A DNA stretch of 64,000 nucleotides. Origin: Candidatus Latescibacterota bacterium. GTDB lineage: Bacteria > Krumholzibacteriota > Krumholzibacteriia > WVZY01 > JAKEHA01. Positions within the stretch are counted from its first letter, which is position 1. Each line of letters begins with the position of its first letter. The notes below the pieces were generated by a model. That model saw only the letters and a list, made by a program, of their open reading frames with translations. It did no database searches and had not been told where the DNA came from. A program made the position numbers and the translations under genes. Positions 21,639 to 31,065 of this stretch are shown piece by piece. The stretch covers positions 1,056,001-1,120,000 of the forward strand of contig OY970173.1 in NCBI GenBank assembly GCA_963707635.1, in the 5' to 3' direction.

Positions 21639-22385
21639 CTAGAGTTTGCAGAAAGGCGGAGTGAACAGCATGACACCGATCTCGAATCCTGCGCCATTCG
21701 GACCGTCGAATTCCGCGCCGTATGTAAATGCGAACACGGCGTACTGACTCGGTTCCCAGCGCAGACCGACCTTGTATTCGGGGATGGTCCTGACCTCGCC
21801 CTCCGAACCGAATACCTCCCCCACGATGGATGTCTCCATGTTGCGTGGGTACCACGCCAGGCGCGTGGAGTAGGTGAACGCGGTGGCGGTGCCTTCACCG
21901 GTCCCGTAGTTCCGGGTCACGCTCGCCCCCGGCATGAGGTCCCAGGACACCCGGTTGTCGAAGAATGGAAGCGTCAACGGTGCGTTCATCCAGTAGGTCT
22001 GGAAGGCGTCCTCCAGCCCGTAGGCCGAAATGTAGCCCGGGTCCATCCCGGTGCCGGCCTTGACCGCCACGCCGCCCGTCTTCGCCTTGTTTTCGTACAA
22101 CATCCACTTGACGTAGTAGGACGTCGAATAGCCGTCTTCCGTCGTCCGGTCGCTGTCCTTGTCGTAGAGATAGGCCGCGGCGGTGAACTCCCAGTTGGGG
22201 ATGAGCGAAAACGTGGTCATCCACATCCGGTTTCGCTCGCCGGCGGTCAGGATGACGGTCGCGACGCCGTGGGGCTTGGACAGATAGTTGTCGGAGTTGA
22301 ACTGCTGGCTGTGAGCCGGGCTGCCGATCAGGGCGACCAGCAAGAACAGCGACACCGCGGCAAGATGCGAGACCCTGAGTTTCAC
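21639..22385 (-). CDS. Secreted, probable beta-barrel protein of unknown function
   Basis: Signal peptide ending 'AHS-QQFNSDNY', amphipathic strands rich in Y/W/F, ends 'FEIGVMLFTPPFCKL'. Confidence 0.7.
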   Translation of the reverse strand: MKLRVSHLAAVSLFLLVALIGSPAHSQQFNSDNYLSKPHGVATVILTAGERNRMWMTTFSLIPNWEFTAAAYLYDKDSDRTTEDGYSTSYYVKWMLYENKAKTGGVAVKAGTGMDPGYISAYGLEDAFQTYWMNAPLTLPFFDNRVSWDLMPGASVTRNYGTGEGTATAFTYSTRLAWYPRNMETSIVGEVFGSEGEVRTIPEYKVGLRWEPSQYAVFAFTYGAEFDGPNGAGFEIGVMLFTPPFCKL

Positions 22386-22437
22386 GTTCGATTTCCTTCC
22401 TCGCGGCCTGCAAATTCCAAACTTCGTGAGTGTCCCG

Positions 22438-23754
22438 CTAGAAGTTCACTTCGAAGTTCGAATAGAACACAAGCCCGTTGCCGCCCACCGTGAAGGGAAC
22501 ACTCAAGTAGCCCACCGGCGAGTGGTCAAGCTCAATGAACTCGTTGTTCCAGCGGACGCACTTGTTCTTCCACGGGTACCAGCTCGCGCCCAGGCGTGCG
22601 TCCCACGGATCGCCGTACTCGCCGAAGATCTTCGATCCGGAAAGATATACCTGCAGGACCTCCGGCTTCACCATCGTCGAGGCCTGGAGCTGAAATCCAT
22701 GGTCGTTCAGTTCATCGAAGGGCAACTGATCGACATTGTCCCCGCGAATGTGATTCACCCAGCGCGTGAAGATCTCGCCCTCGAGCGCGAACCCGTGATA
22801 CTTGACCCCCGCGTCCGCCGACGCCATGTGAAAGGCCACGTCGATGATATTGATATCGGTGCCGAAGAGGCCGGGTCTGAAGATCACGTTGCCGTCGGAG
22901 ATGCGGATCTGCGAGTTCTCGGGCGCTTCGGTGCCGGGCTGACTCTGGCGATTCTCGGTGCTGTAAGTGAAGTGCAGGCCCACGCGCGTGGCCATCTTCT
23001 CGTGGTCTTCGAAATCGCCGAAGCCCCCGATGCTTCCGAACTCGCCCGTCGTGGGCATCCACACGAGCGCGCCCGACCAGGTATCGAACGTGTCGTCCAT
23101 CTGGCCCGCGTCCACGCCCAACTGGCTCAAGTTGTCGCCGAGCATCACGCTGTACGCGAGGCCGTCTCTCAAGGCGCCCTGTACCCAGATGCCGCTGGTG
23201 TAGGACGGCCGGAAATACTCGTCGGCGATGAGCCGGTTGTCGACACCCAGCCACTGCGGAAACTGGCCCTCGGTGCTGCGCACGCCAGGAAGCCCGTTGA
23301 TCCCGGCGCCGAGGGTCAGGTGGCTGCTGAATATGTATCTCAAGCTGCCGGCCAGCACCACCTGCGCACCCAACCCCTGGTTGGTGTTGGCAGTCCAGAT
23401 GTACGTTGCGTAGACGAGCTTCGGGTCGATGAACCACCCGTAGAACCACAGGATCGCCTTGTTGAACTGCATGTCGTGGCGGATGTCGACGGATCGTGTG
23501 TGGCCGAAGCTGTCGGTGTAGCTCCCGTCGAGGGCCTTCTGATTGAGGTAGCGGACGTAGGCAAACGCCCGGAAATTAACCGTGCCTGATTCGTCAGTGA
23601 CGACGCGATACCCGGCGCCGGGTTGGTGCGTGACCGCACCGGTCTCCTGGGCCCGGGCCACCGACGTGGATGCGAGCACGCCCGCCAAAGTCATCATGAC
23701 CCAACGTGTTCGTGTGTGCGGCGTCGCCTGGTGTGGGTGGCTACTCCTTCGCAT
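22438..23754 (-). CDS. Predicted outer-membrane porin-like protein, paralogue of 24854-26185
   Basis: Signal peptide 'VARA-QE', C-terminal Phe strand 'FYSNFEVNF', shared block 'WMPTTGEFG..GGFGD.E.H'. Confidence 0.7.
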   Translation of the reverse strand: MRRSSHPHQATPHTRTRWVMMTLAGVLASTSVARAQETGAVTHQPGAGYRVVTDESGTVNFRAFAYVRYLNQKALDGSYTDSFGHTRSVDIRHDMQFNKAILWFYGWFIDPKLVYATYIWTANTNQGLGAQVVLAGSLRYIFSSHLTLGAGINGLPGVRSTEGQFPQWLGVDNRLIADEYFRPSYTSGIWVQGALRDGLAYSVMLGDNLSQLGVDAGQMDDTFDTWSGALVWMPTTGEFGSIGGFGDFEDHEKMATRVGLHFTYSTENRQSQPGTEAPENSQIRISDGNVIFRPGLFGTDINIIDVAFHMASADAGVKYHGFALEGEIFTRWVNHIRGDNVDQLPFDELNDHGFQLQASTMVKPEVLQVYLSGSKIFGEYGDPWDARLGASWYPWKNKCVRWNNEFIELDHSPVGYLSVPFTVGGNGLVFYSNFEVNF

Positions 23755-24817
23755 TTGCTTTCTCCCACGCGCGCACGCGCCTGCGTCCCTCGTCGAACAG
23801 GCGCGTGTAGTTGCCCTTGCGTATCTTCTCGCTCGCTTCCGGCGTGAGAAGCTTCCACATCGGTTCGTACATGTCGTACACCGCGAAATATTTCTCCGGA
23901 GACTTCGGCGCCACCGTATCGCTCCCGAACAGAAAGCGATCCGGATAGCGGTTGAGCATGTCGGCGGTCCGCTGCGTGGCCTCGGGCGAAGAGACGACGT
24001 ACTTTGCCACTTCGTCCCACGAGATGTCGAAGCACACGTGGTTGAAGGAGGGATCGTTCAGCATGGTTTCGAGCATGGCGATGTGGTTCTCCACCGGATG
24101 CACCACGCGCCCCAGCCCGACGTGCGCCCAGATGATCGTGGTCTTCGGGTGGCGCCGGAACAGGTCCTTGATCTGGGTCAGAAACACGGGGTCCGTGCCC
24201 TTGACGGCCATGGGGCGATCGATGTCGTTGTGCAGGATGACGACGAGCCCGGCTTCCGCGGCGAAGTCGAAGATGCGGTCCAGTGCCGGGTCGGTGAGAC
24301 TCGCCACGTCGCCCGCGATCTTCGACGACACGAATTCCTTGTGGATCGTGAATTCGCCGATGCCCGAGAACACGCCGGGAAAGGTGAGCAGCACGCGGCG
24401 AATGTGGTCGGCCGCGTACATGTCGGTCGGATTGAACCCGGTGATCATCGGGTCGAAGCGCGCCTGCTCCTTTTTCGACAGCGCGCGGTACTGCATCGCG
24501 ATGTACGCGTCGGTGAACGAGTAGTAATACAATGCGGCGTCGGTATCCAGGTAATACGTCGGCGCGTCGTCCCCCGAAACGCGGTACGACCACTGCTGCT
24601 GGAGCGGGATCCCGAACAGGGTGGAGCGCTCGACGCGCGTTCCCATGATCGTGAGGAACTGTCGCGGCGTGATGCCTTCCTGGATGTAGTTGGTCAGGTG
24701 AAAGTGGGAGTCGCAGAACTGGTTGCCGGTCGTCTGGGCGGGTGACTTCGCCGAGGCGGAGCCCAGGCCCAACGCGGCGGTGAATGCAGCGATCGCGAGT
24801 ATCCTGATCTTCGACAT
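23741..24817 (-). CDS. Secreted amidohydrolase-superfamily (TIM-barrel) metalloenzyme
   Basis: Signal peptide 'ASA-KS'. Metal-site motifs 'DSHFH', 'GIGEF', 'LHND', 'WAHVG', 'DRFLFGSD'. Confidence 0.88.
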   Translation of the reverse strand: MSKIRILAIAAFTAALGLGSASAKSPAQTTGNQFCDSHFHLTNYIQEGITPRQFLTIMGTRVERSTLFGIPLQQQWSYRVSGDDAPTYYLDTDAALYYYSFTDAYIAMQYRALSKKEQARFDPMITGFNPTDMYAADHIRRVLLTFPGVFSGIGEFTIHKEFVSSKIAGDVASLTDPALDRIFDFAAEAGLVVILHNDIDRPMAVKGTDPVFLTQIKDLFRRHPKTTIIWAHVGLGRVVHPVENHIAMLETMLNDPSFNHVCFDISWDEVAKYVVSSPEATQRTADMLNRYPDRFLFGSDTVAPKSPEKYFAVYDMYEPMWKLLTPEASEKIRKGNYTRLFDEGRRRVRAWEKANAKE

Positions 24818-24853
24818 GATCTGACTCCTTGGTCCGCGGGTCGACCGCGGGCG

Positions 24854-26185
24854 CTACAACAGAATGTCCGCCCCGAGCGAAAGCGTGGTCCCGGTCTGAC
24901 CTGCGGTGTAATAACCGAAGCTCGATCCCGTCGGGCTCTTCTCGATGTGGATGAGGTGAAGGTTCAAGCGCAGGTTACGATTCCCATACGGATAGAAGCT
25001 GGCGCCTCCGGCTACTTCCCACGGGTGCCTCTCGAATTCGTCGAAGATGTAACCGGTGGCCGCGTAGATGCCGAGTTTCTTCTCCACGACCATCTGCATG
25101 GCCTCGGCATAGAAGCCCTGGTCGAGGATCGACTCGTAGGGGACGGGTCCGGTGGCGTCGAAGCTCGACAACCAGCGCATCCCGTATTCGGCCTGGAAGC
25201 AGAATCCGCGGTACTTGAAGCCCGCGTCGAACGCGATTTCGTCGTAGTCGAGGTTCTTGACCGTGACGGTATCCGCCAGGGCTCCGGCTTCGAACGGAAT
25301 CACCCCGTCGGAAAGCCGGATCTGCGCGTGGCGCGGTGAGTCTTCGATAGACGCGTAACGGCTCTCGCGGGAGTGACACGCGGAAAGCCCGAAACGAGTA
25401 GCCAGCTCCTGGTGTTCCTCGAGATCTCCAAATCCGCCGCGCGGCCCGAACTCTCCGGTCGTGGGCATCCAGTATGCGCTGGCGCTGTACGCGAACGAAC
25501 GATTGTCGTTGGCGGCCGTGATGCCGAGCTGGCTCAGGCTCCGGTTGATCGCGGCCGTATAATAGAAGCGTGAGATCGGCTCGCCGGTGATGAAAAACGA
25601 CGACGCGAATCCGCCACGATAGAATTCTTCCGCCATCTGGCGGTCGCTTCCCGCCCAGAACGGCCAAGAGCCCTGCATGGACCGCGCGGTCAAGCTCGGA
25701 CCGATGCCGGCACCGACCACCAGCGGCCTCGACACGATGTATCGGAGCAGCCCAAAGGCAAGCGTCTGCTCCGTGCTCGGAAGTGACCAGACCGTGATCG
25801 TGTAGAGAAACCTGGGATCGTAGAAGAAGCCGCTGACCCAAATCATGGTGCGGTGCCAGTTGATGTCGTTGCGGGCGAGCACAGGTCGCTCGCGCCCGAG
25901 ATGATCCTTGTACGTCTGCCCACCCGGCATCTGGTCGAGATACCTGAACAACCCGTACACGCTGATATTGACGCTTCCGCGCTTCGTCTTGAGGAGGTCG
26001 AAGCCATGGCCGGGGGTGAACTCGCCGGCAAAGGCGGGTACGGGTGCGTACTTCTCATCCGATGTCGTGGTGTCCGGAGTGGCCGCCACGTCCTGCGCTC
26101 TCGTGATGGATGGTAACGACACCCACATGCTTGCCACGGTGATCACGGCGCAGACGAAGAGCGCAGTACGACAAAAGCGGCCCAT
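24854..26185 (-). CDS. Predicted outer-membrane porin-like protein, paralogue of 22438-23754
   Basis: Signal peptide 'TRA-QD', shared blocks 'WMPTTGEFG..GGFGD', 'QIRLSDG', 'DAGFKY.GF'. Confidence 0.7.
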   Translation of the reverse strand: MGRFCRTALFVCAVITVASMWVSLPSITRAQDVAATPDTTTSDEKYAPVPAFAGEFTPGHGFDLLKTKRGSVNISVYGLFRYLDQMPGGQTYKDHLGRERPVLARNDINWHRTMIWVSGFFYDPRFLYTITVWSLPSTEQTLAFGLLRYIVSRPLVVGAGIGPSLTARSMQGSWPFWAGSDRQMAEEFYRGGFASSFFITGEPISRFYYTAAINRSLSQLGITAANDNRSFAYSASAYWMPTTGEFGPRGGFGDLEEHQELATRFGLSACHSRESRYASIEDSPRHAQIRLSDGVIPFEAGALADTVTVKNLDYDEIAFDAGFKYRGFCFQAEYGMRWLSSFDATGPVPYESILDQGFYAEAMQMVVEKKLGIYAATGYIFDEFERHPWEVAGGASFYPYGNRNLRLNLHLIHIEKSPTGSSFGYYTAGQTGTTLSLGADILL

Positions 26186-26213
26186 GATAGACGAACCCCT
26201 TGGTTGTTAGGTG

Positions 26214-28631
26214 TCAGCGCCGTCGCCCGCCGCCGCCGCCGCGGCCACCGCCGCTATACGAGCGGCTCGCACCGCTTCGCCGCGCCTGGGCGTCGCGATT
26301 CATGTTGCTCGACGACGGCGAAGACTTCCACTGGCCCTGGTCGCGGGACTGCCAGTTGCCCTGCGACGTCTGCCGCTGCACGTTCCCGCTCTTGTCCGCG
26401 TACACGTTGTTGGGGCCCTTGGCCGTGCGATCCGCCTTCTGCATGTTCGCATCGCGCTGCTTGCTGCTGGGCGCGACACGATCCTTGTTGGCGGCGTTGT
26501 TGTACATGTTGTTCGACGGCAACTGTGACGGGCGCGCTCCGCCTGCTCCACCGACGCCGCCCGGCTTGCCCGGACCGCCCACGCCACCCACACCGCCGGC
26601 TCCTCCAACTCCACCCACGCCTCCGACGCCGCCCACTCCTCCCACGCCCCCGACGCCCCCAACGCCGCCTGGGCGCCCCGGATATCCCCCGTGGTAGGGT
26701 GGGTGATAGCCGCAGGGTGGGTAGTAGCCGGGGTGTCCGTAGTAACCGCCGTACATGCCACCGAAACCGATGCCGACGGTGATGAAGCCGTTGCTGGCCG
26801 TGAACCCCATTCCCCAGCCGGTATACGGGTTGTAGCTGACGTGCATGCCGAACGTGACCGGACTCGGGTAGTAGGCGTAAGGGCTTACGTACGGCGGGTA
26901 GTACCAGCCCGTGCCGTAGACCGGGCAGCCGTACCACGGATACGAATACACGTAGCCGGGCGTGTAACCCACGTACACGACCTGCGGAGCGGGTTCGGAC
27001 ACGGTTACATACTTGGAGGGAATCGTATTGAACGCCTCCGGGATGCTGTCGGTCACTCTCCACGGCCCGGTCGCCTTGTCGGCGACGAACCACACTCCCT
27101 GATCGCTCGCGTAATACGTGCGATCGTACCGCAGCACGTGTGACGACGTGTTGACGGCGTACTCGATGGTCGTGTTCGGGATGCCCTTGAACTCGGGGTT
27201 GCCGTCGTATTTCACCACGAGCGCCGGCGTGGGCGAAGTGGACTCGTACACCGTGACGTACGTCACGTTGTACAACGGTGACGACGGAGGGATTTTTCTT
27301 ATCTCCTCCATCGGCACGCTGTCGGCCACTTTCCACGGCCCGGTCGCCTTGTCGGCGACGAACCACACCGCCTGATCGCACGCGTAGTACTTGCCCTTGA
27401 TCCGCAGCACCTGCGACGGGGTGTTGACGGCGTACTCGAAGTTCGTTTCCGGGACCCCCTTGAACTTGGGCTCGCCGTCGTACTTCACCTCGAGCTTTGC
27501 CTTGTCGCGCTCGATTGCGGCCGTCTGCGGGACCTGGGCGTCCAGCATCGCGTCCTCGGCCTCGGGCGTTCCCGCCACCGAGACGCGCGCCTCTCCAATC
27601 GCGGAGGCGGGCGGGATATCCTTGAACGCAACCGGCAGCGAGTCCGGGCGCACCACCGTCCACGGTCCGTCCATCGTTTTCATCGCCCGGTACCAGCGCC
27701 CGGATATCAACACGAAGACCTCCCCGCTGGCGACTTCGCGCACGACCGGCGTTTCGGAATTCGTGATGTACATCAGGTCGCCCTTGCCGACCGGTTGCCA
27801 GGACGGCGGGCCGTCGCTGGCGATGAGCTCGGTGGGCTCGGTCGCCACGATGATCTTCGGTATCTTCTTCGGCGCGGGCGCAGACGACGTGTCCGGCGGA
27901 ATCAGCTTCGCGACGTCCGCGGGCGGCTGGGCGATCGAGGTCCACGGGCCCTTCGGATCCGGTGCGCTGTACCACAGCTTGCCGCCGCTCAAGTAGCACG
28001 TGCCGCTGCGCTTGTCCTTGACCACCGCGAACGCACAGTTGGCGGCATACTCGAACTCGGTATCCTTGATCGGAAGCATGCGCGGTTCGCCGTCGAATAG
28101 CAGCAACTCGGCAACTTCCGGCACGACGACGATTTTCGGAGGATCGTGCTTGAGGCCCTCGATGCTCTTCCTTTCCACTTCGGCGGTCGCGAGGCTGGCC
28201 GTGAGGCGATCGAGCGAGATCGGAATCCCGGTTTTCGGCATGAGATCGGTGAGGAAGGCAATCGCCTCCTTTTCCTTCGCCTCGTCGCTCTCCGGCCAGC
28301 GCGCGTTGGTCACGACGATGTCGCGGAGCAGGGCGGTCCCGGCGTCGCGATCCGTGTCGACGCGGCACGAAAACCAGAACACGCCGAACACAGGGGTGGT
28401 CGTGCCCTTGAACACGAGCGAAACGGCGGCCCGCCCCTGGAGCATGTTGTTCTCGAATTTCTCCGGCTGCGGCTGATAGATGGTGAGCTTGCCCTTCTCG
28501 GTGTCCATCTCGCGCGGCCACGTCGCGTCGGCGGCGCGGCTGGTACCGGCAAAAAACAGAAGGCAGCACAGCGTCGCGACCCAAGCCGCGCGCGCTGTGC
28601 CGACCTTCTTCAGCATCCCTCTGTGTGACAT
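26214..28631 (-). CDS. Large secreted protein (~805 aa) with internal repeats and Tyr/Gly/Pro-rich and (GGV)n low-complexity tail
   Basis: GGGAG RBS before the ATG at 28631, signal peptide 'SRA-AD', repeated 'W....GPW' units, duplicated ~91-aa module, disordered tail ending 'GGGRGGGGGRRR'. Confidence 0.8.
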   Translation of the reverse strand: MSHRGMLKKVGTARAAWVATLCCLLFFAGTSRAADATWPREMDTEKGKLTIYQPQPEKFENNMLQGRAAVSLVFKGTTTPVFGVFWFSCRVDTDRDAGTALLRDIVVTNARWPESDEAKEKEAIAFLTDLMPKTGIPISLDRLTASLATAEVERKSIEGLKHDPPKIVVVPEVAELLLFDGEPRMLPIKDTEFEYAANCAFAVVKDKRSGTCYLSGGKLWYSAPDPKGPWTSIAQPPADVAKLIPPDTSSAPAPKKIPKIIVATEPTELIASDGPPSWQPVGKGDLMYITNSETPVVREVASGEVFVLISGRWYRAMKTMDGPWTVVRPDSLPVAFKDIPPASAIGEARVSVAGTPEAEDAMLDAQVPQTAAIERDKAKLEVKYDGEPKFKGVPETNFEYAVNTPSQVLRIKGKYYACDQAVWFVADKATGPWKVADSVPMEEIRKIPPSSPLYNVTYVTVYESTSPTPALVVKYDGNPEFKGIPNTTIEYAVNTSSHVLRYDRTYYASDQGVWFVADKATGPWRVTDSIPEAFNTIPSKYVTVSEPAPQVVYVGYTPGYVYSYPWYGCPVYGTGWYYPPYVSPYAYYPSPVTFGMHVSYNPYTGWGMGFTASNGFITVGIGFGGMYGGYYGHPGYYPPCGYHPPYHGGYPGRPGGVGGVGGVGGVGGVGGVGGVGGAGGVGGVGGPGKPGGVGGAGGARPSQLPSNNMYNNAANKDRVAPSSKQRDANMQKADRTAKGPNNVYADKSGNVQRQTSQGNWQSRDQGQWKSSPSSSNMNRDAQARRSGASRSYSGGGRGGGGGRRR
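26538..26670 (-). repeat. 9-nt-period coding repeat encoding (GGV/GGA)n
   Basis: Translation 'GGVGGVGGVGGVGGVGGVGGVGGAGGVGGVGGP'. Third codon positions vary between units. Confidence 0.9.
27040..27490 (-). repeat. Intragenic tandem duplication, 273-nt period
   Basis: An identical 37-mer 'tccacggcccggtcgccttgtcggcgacgaaccacac' at 27059-27095 and 27332-27368. Both protein copies read 'YDG.P.FKG.P.T..EYAVNT.S.VLR....YYA.DQ.VWFVADKATGPW.V.DS.P'. Confidence 0.9.
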
Positions 28632-28680
28632 AGGTCTCCCTGCGGTCTCGGGAAGCTCCGTGGACTTCACGCGCTGAATG

Positions 28681-29715
28681 CTACTTCTTTCCCGTCGCCG
28701 CGTACGGATTGCCGCCGAGGGCGTTCGAGATGTCGGCGATCGCATTCTGCGCGCGGACGCTGTTGCCGGCGTCATCGAGCGGAGGCGATACCACCGCGAT
28801 GCCGAACTTGCCCGGCGACACGGCAATGAGGCCGCCGCCCACGCCGCTCTTTCCGGGCAGACCCGTCCGATACAGCCACTTGCCCGAATCGTCGTACAGA
28901 CCGGCCGTCGCCATCACGGCGAGCACCTTGGGAACGTTCGCGGAATCGATCACCGATTTCTTCGTCACGGGGTTCGTGCCGCCGAACGCAAGCGTCGCCG
29001 CCATCGTGGCGAGGTCCTTCGCGTTGACGCCGATCGAGCACTGCTTGGTGTAAATGTCCACCGCCTGCAGCGGGTTGGCCTTGATGTAACCGTACGCATA
29101 CATCAGCATGCCGATGGCTTGGTTGCGCTGGTTGGTGTCGGCTTCCGACTTGTAGACGTCCTGCAGCACCTTCAGCTCCCGGCCGGCGCACGCGTTGTGA
29201 ATGCCGATGATCTTCGCCCACACTTCGTCCGCCGTGGCGCCCTGCACCATGCTGGTGGCCGTGATCGCGCCCGGGTTGACGAGCGGGTTCATCTCCGGCC
29301 CGCCCGCCACCTTGTACGACATCTCGACCGAGACGATCGAGTTGAAGCGCATACCGGTCGCGTCCACGCCGGTGGTGTTGAGAATGGCGTCGGGCCCCTG
29401 CGACTGAATGACCTGCGCCATGGTGAAGACCTTGGAAATCGACTGAATCGAGACCTCGGTCGCCACGTCGCCGGCGGTGTACACCTTGCCGTCGGCGGTC
29501 ACCACGGCGATCCCGAAGAGATTCGGGTCCACCTTTGCCAGCGCGGGGATGTAGTCCGCGTTCTTGCCCTCCTGGAGGGTCTTGTATTTCGCGTACGCGT
29601 CGTTGACTGCCTTGGTGATGTCGGCAGGAGCCTGCGCCGAGACGACGCACGGCGCCACGACGAGCACCGCGATGGCCAAAGACACAACCAACTTACTGAA
29701 CGTACTCATGATCAT
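28681..29715 (-). CDS. glsA: Glutaminase A with N-terminal signal peptide
   Basis: 'GKNADYIPALA', catalytic SxxK 'SIQSISK', 'NPLVNPGAI', 'GLPGKSGVGGG', 'SPPLDDAGNSVR'. Confidence 0.93.
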   Translation of the reverse strand: MIMSTFSKLVVSLAIAVLVVAPCVVSAQAPADITKAVNDAYAKYKTLQEGKNADYIPALAKVDPNLFGIAVVTADGKVYTAGDVATEVSIQSISKVFTMAQVIQSQGPDAILNTTGVDATGMRFNSIVSVEMSYKVAGGPEMNPLVNPGAITATSMVQGATADEVWAKIIGIHNACAGRELKVLQDVYKSEADTNQRNQAIGMLMYAYGYIKANPLQAVDIYTKQCSIGVNAKDLATMAATLAFGGTNPVTKKSVIDSANVPKVLAVMATAGLYDDSGKWLYRTGLPGKSGVGGGLIAVSPGKFGIAVVSPPLDDAGNSVRAQNAIADISNALGGNPYAATGKK

Positions 29716-29727
29716 GCTTCCCTTCGT

Positions 29728-30912
29728 TTACATGGTCTTCGAGAAATTGTAGCGGAACGACACCTGGATCTTGACGTCATCCGACGACTCGAATCCCGTC
29801 ACGGGGTCCGCCTTGAAGTTCTCGCGCTTGCCGTACTGGACTTCGACGCCGGTCATGACGTTCGGGGCCGGGTAATAGAGCAGGTTTCCGACCGCGTAGT
29901 GACCGCGCGAGAATGCGTTGGGCGCCTGGCCGTCCGAATTGTCGATGTCGAGCATCGAGTATCCGACCGAGGTCGAGTACTTCTCGTTCCAATTGTGATC
30001 GAGGAACGCCACGATTCCGAGCACCGGCAACGCCACACCCTCAATGAGATTCGTGGCGCTTGCGGCTTTGATGCCGATGTCGGCTGGCGCATCGTTCATA
30101 TAGTTCTCGATGGCTTCACCGTACACGACCGACGCGCGCACCACGTTGCTCTCTCCGATCTTCACGTTCGAGCTCACGTTGAGGCCCCAGCCCGTTGCGC
30201 TGCCGGCCAGGTCGAGCGAATCGGTGCCGGCGTCGTCCCATTTCATGTAGCGGAGAATGCCCGCGACCTCGAGGTAGCCCCAATCCCGGCCCATGTGGTA
30301 CTCCGCCGACAGATCGGGCGCCGGGAAGTGCACTTGCACGTCGTTCAGCTCGACACGATTCGCGTAGATACCCTGATCGCCGCTGGCGCCGGGGCGCTCG
30401 AGCGCGATGGTCATGCGCGTGTCGCCCTGGATCGGCATGTAGCGAATCTGCACGTTACGGAAGAACGCCATGCCGTTCGGGCCCCAGTACTCGATCGTGT
30501 TGGGGAACACGTCGATGTCCATGAACGGGCTCCAGGTCTGACCCGCGCCGACCTTGCCCAGTTCGCCGTAGGCGTGGCGCAGGCGTATCGTGGTCTGGCC
30601 CGCGTCGACGCCGGTGCCGAACAACTCCCATTCGAACTGCGTTTTCAGAACGCCGACGTCGGTCGGCGTCGCCGATTTGACGCCGAAGCGCGTCTGGCGG
30701 ACACCGAAGAACGTATTGCCGTCGGCGCCGAATTCATCCTCGAAGGCCGGAAGCTTGGTGGGACGCATGACGTCGTACCAGCTCGGATCGACCTGCTTGG
30801 TATCGTACCCCGAGTCCAGCATGATGTAGCCGTAGAGGTCGAACGTCGAATCTGAAGCGGCGGCGGTGCCGGCGAGGCAGCACAGCAGCAGCGCAAAAAA
30901 TCCTCTTCTCAT
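29728..30912 (-). CDS. DcaP-family trimeric outer-membrane porin
   Basis: AAGGAGG RBS before the ATG at 30912, signal peptide, 'GVRQTRFGVK', 'RLRHAYGE', 'AGQTWSPFMDIDVFPNTIEYWGP', 'RNVQIRY', C-terminal 'SFRYNF'. Confidence 0.82.
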   Translation of the reverse strand: MRRGFFALLLCCLAGTAAASDSTFDLYGYIMLDSGYDTKQVDPSWYDVMRPTKLPAFEDEFGADGNTFFGVRQTRFGVKSATPTDVGVLKTQFEWELFGTGVDAGQTTIRLRHAYGELGKVGAGQTWSPFMDIDVFPNTIEYWGPNGMAFFRNVQIRYMPIQGDTRMTIALERPGASGDQGIYANRVELNDVQVHFPAPDLSAEYHMGRDWGYLEVAGILRYMKWDDAGTDSLDLAGSATGWGLNVSSNVKIGESNVVRASVVYGEAIENYMNDAPADIGIKAASATNLIEGVALPVLGIVAFLDHNWNEKYSTSVGYSMLDIDNSDGQAPNAFSRGHYAVGNLLYYPAPNVMTGVEVQYGKRENFKADPVTGFESSDDVKIQVSFRYNFSKTM

Positions 30913-31065
30913 GATTCCTCCTTCTCTCACGTCACGATGCGCTACAGGGCAGCGTCGGAACTTGTGATCGATCTGCATGTTATCGCTTTGACTGTTCGCA
31001 GTCTAGGGGTGACCCTGTCGCCTATTAACTGTGGGGAAGCCGCGAAACGTCTGTTGCCGACGCGT

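Noticed and set aside
26538..26670. Phase-variable tandem repeat or collagen-like region
   Set aside because: The units differ at synonymous positions, so slippage is unlikely. The GGV pattern lacks the Pro-rich Gly-X-Y composition of collagen.
30913..31065. Possible amino-acid riboswitch in the gap before the DcaP gene
   Set aside because: I could not match it to any riboswitch consensus or find a convincing terminator. It may simply hold an internal promoter. An Rfam scan would settle it.
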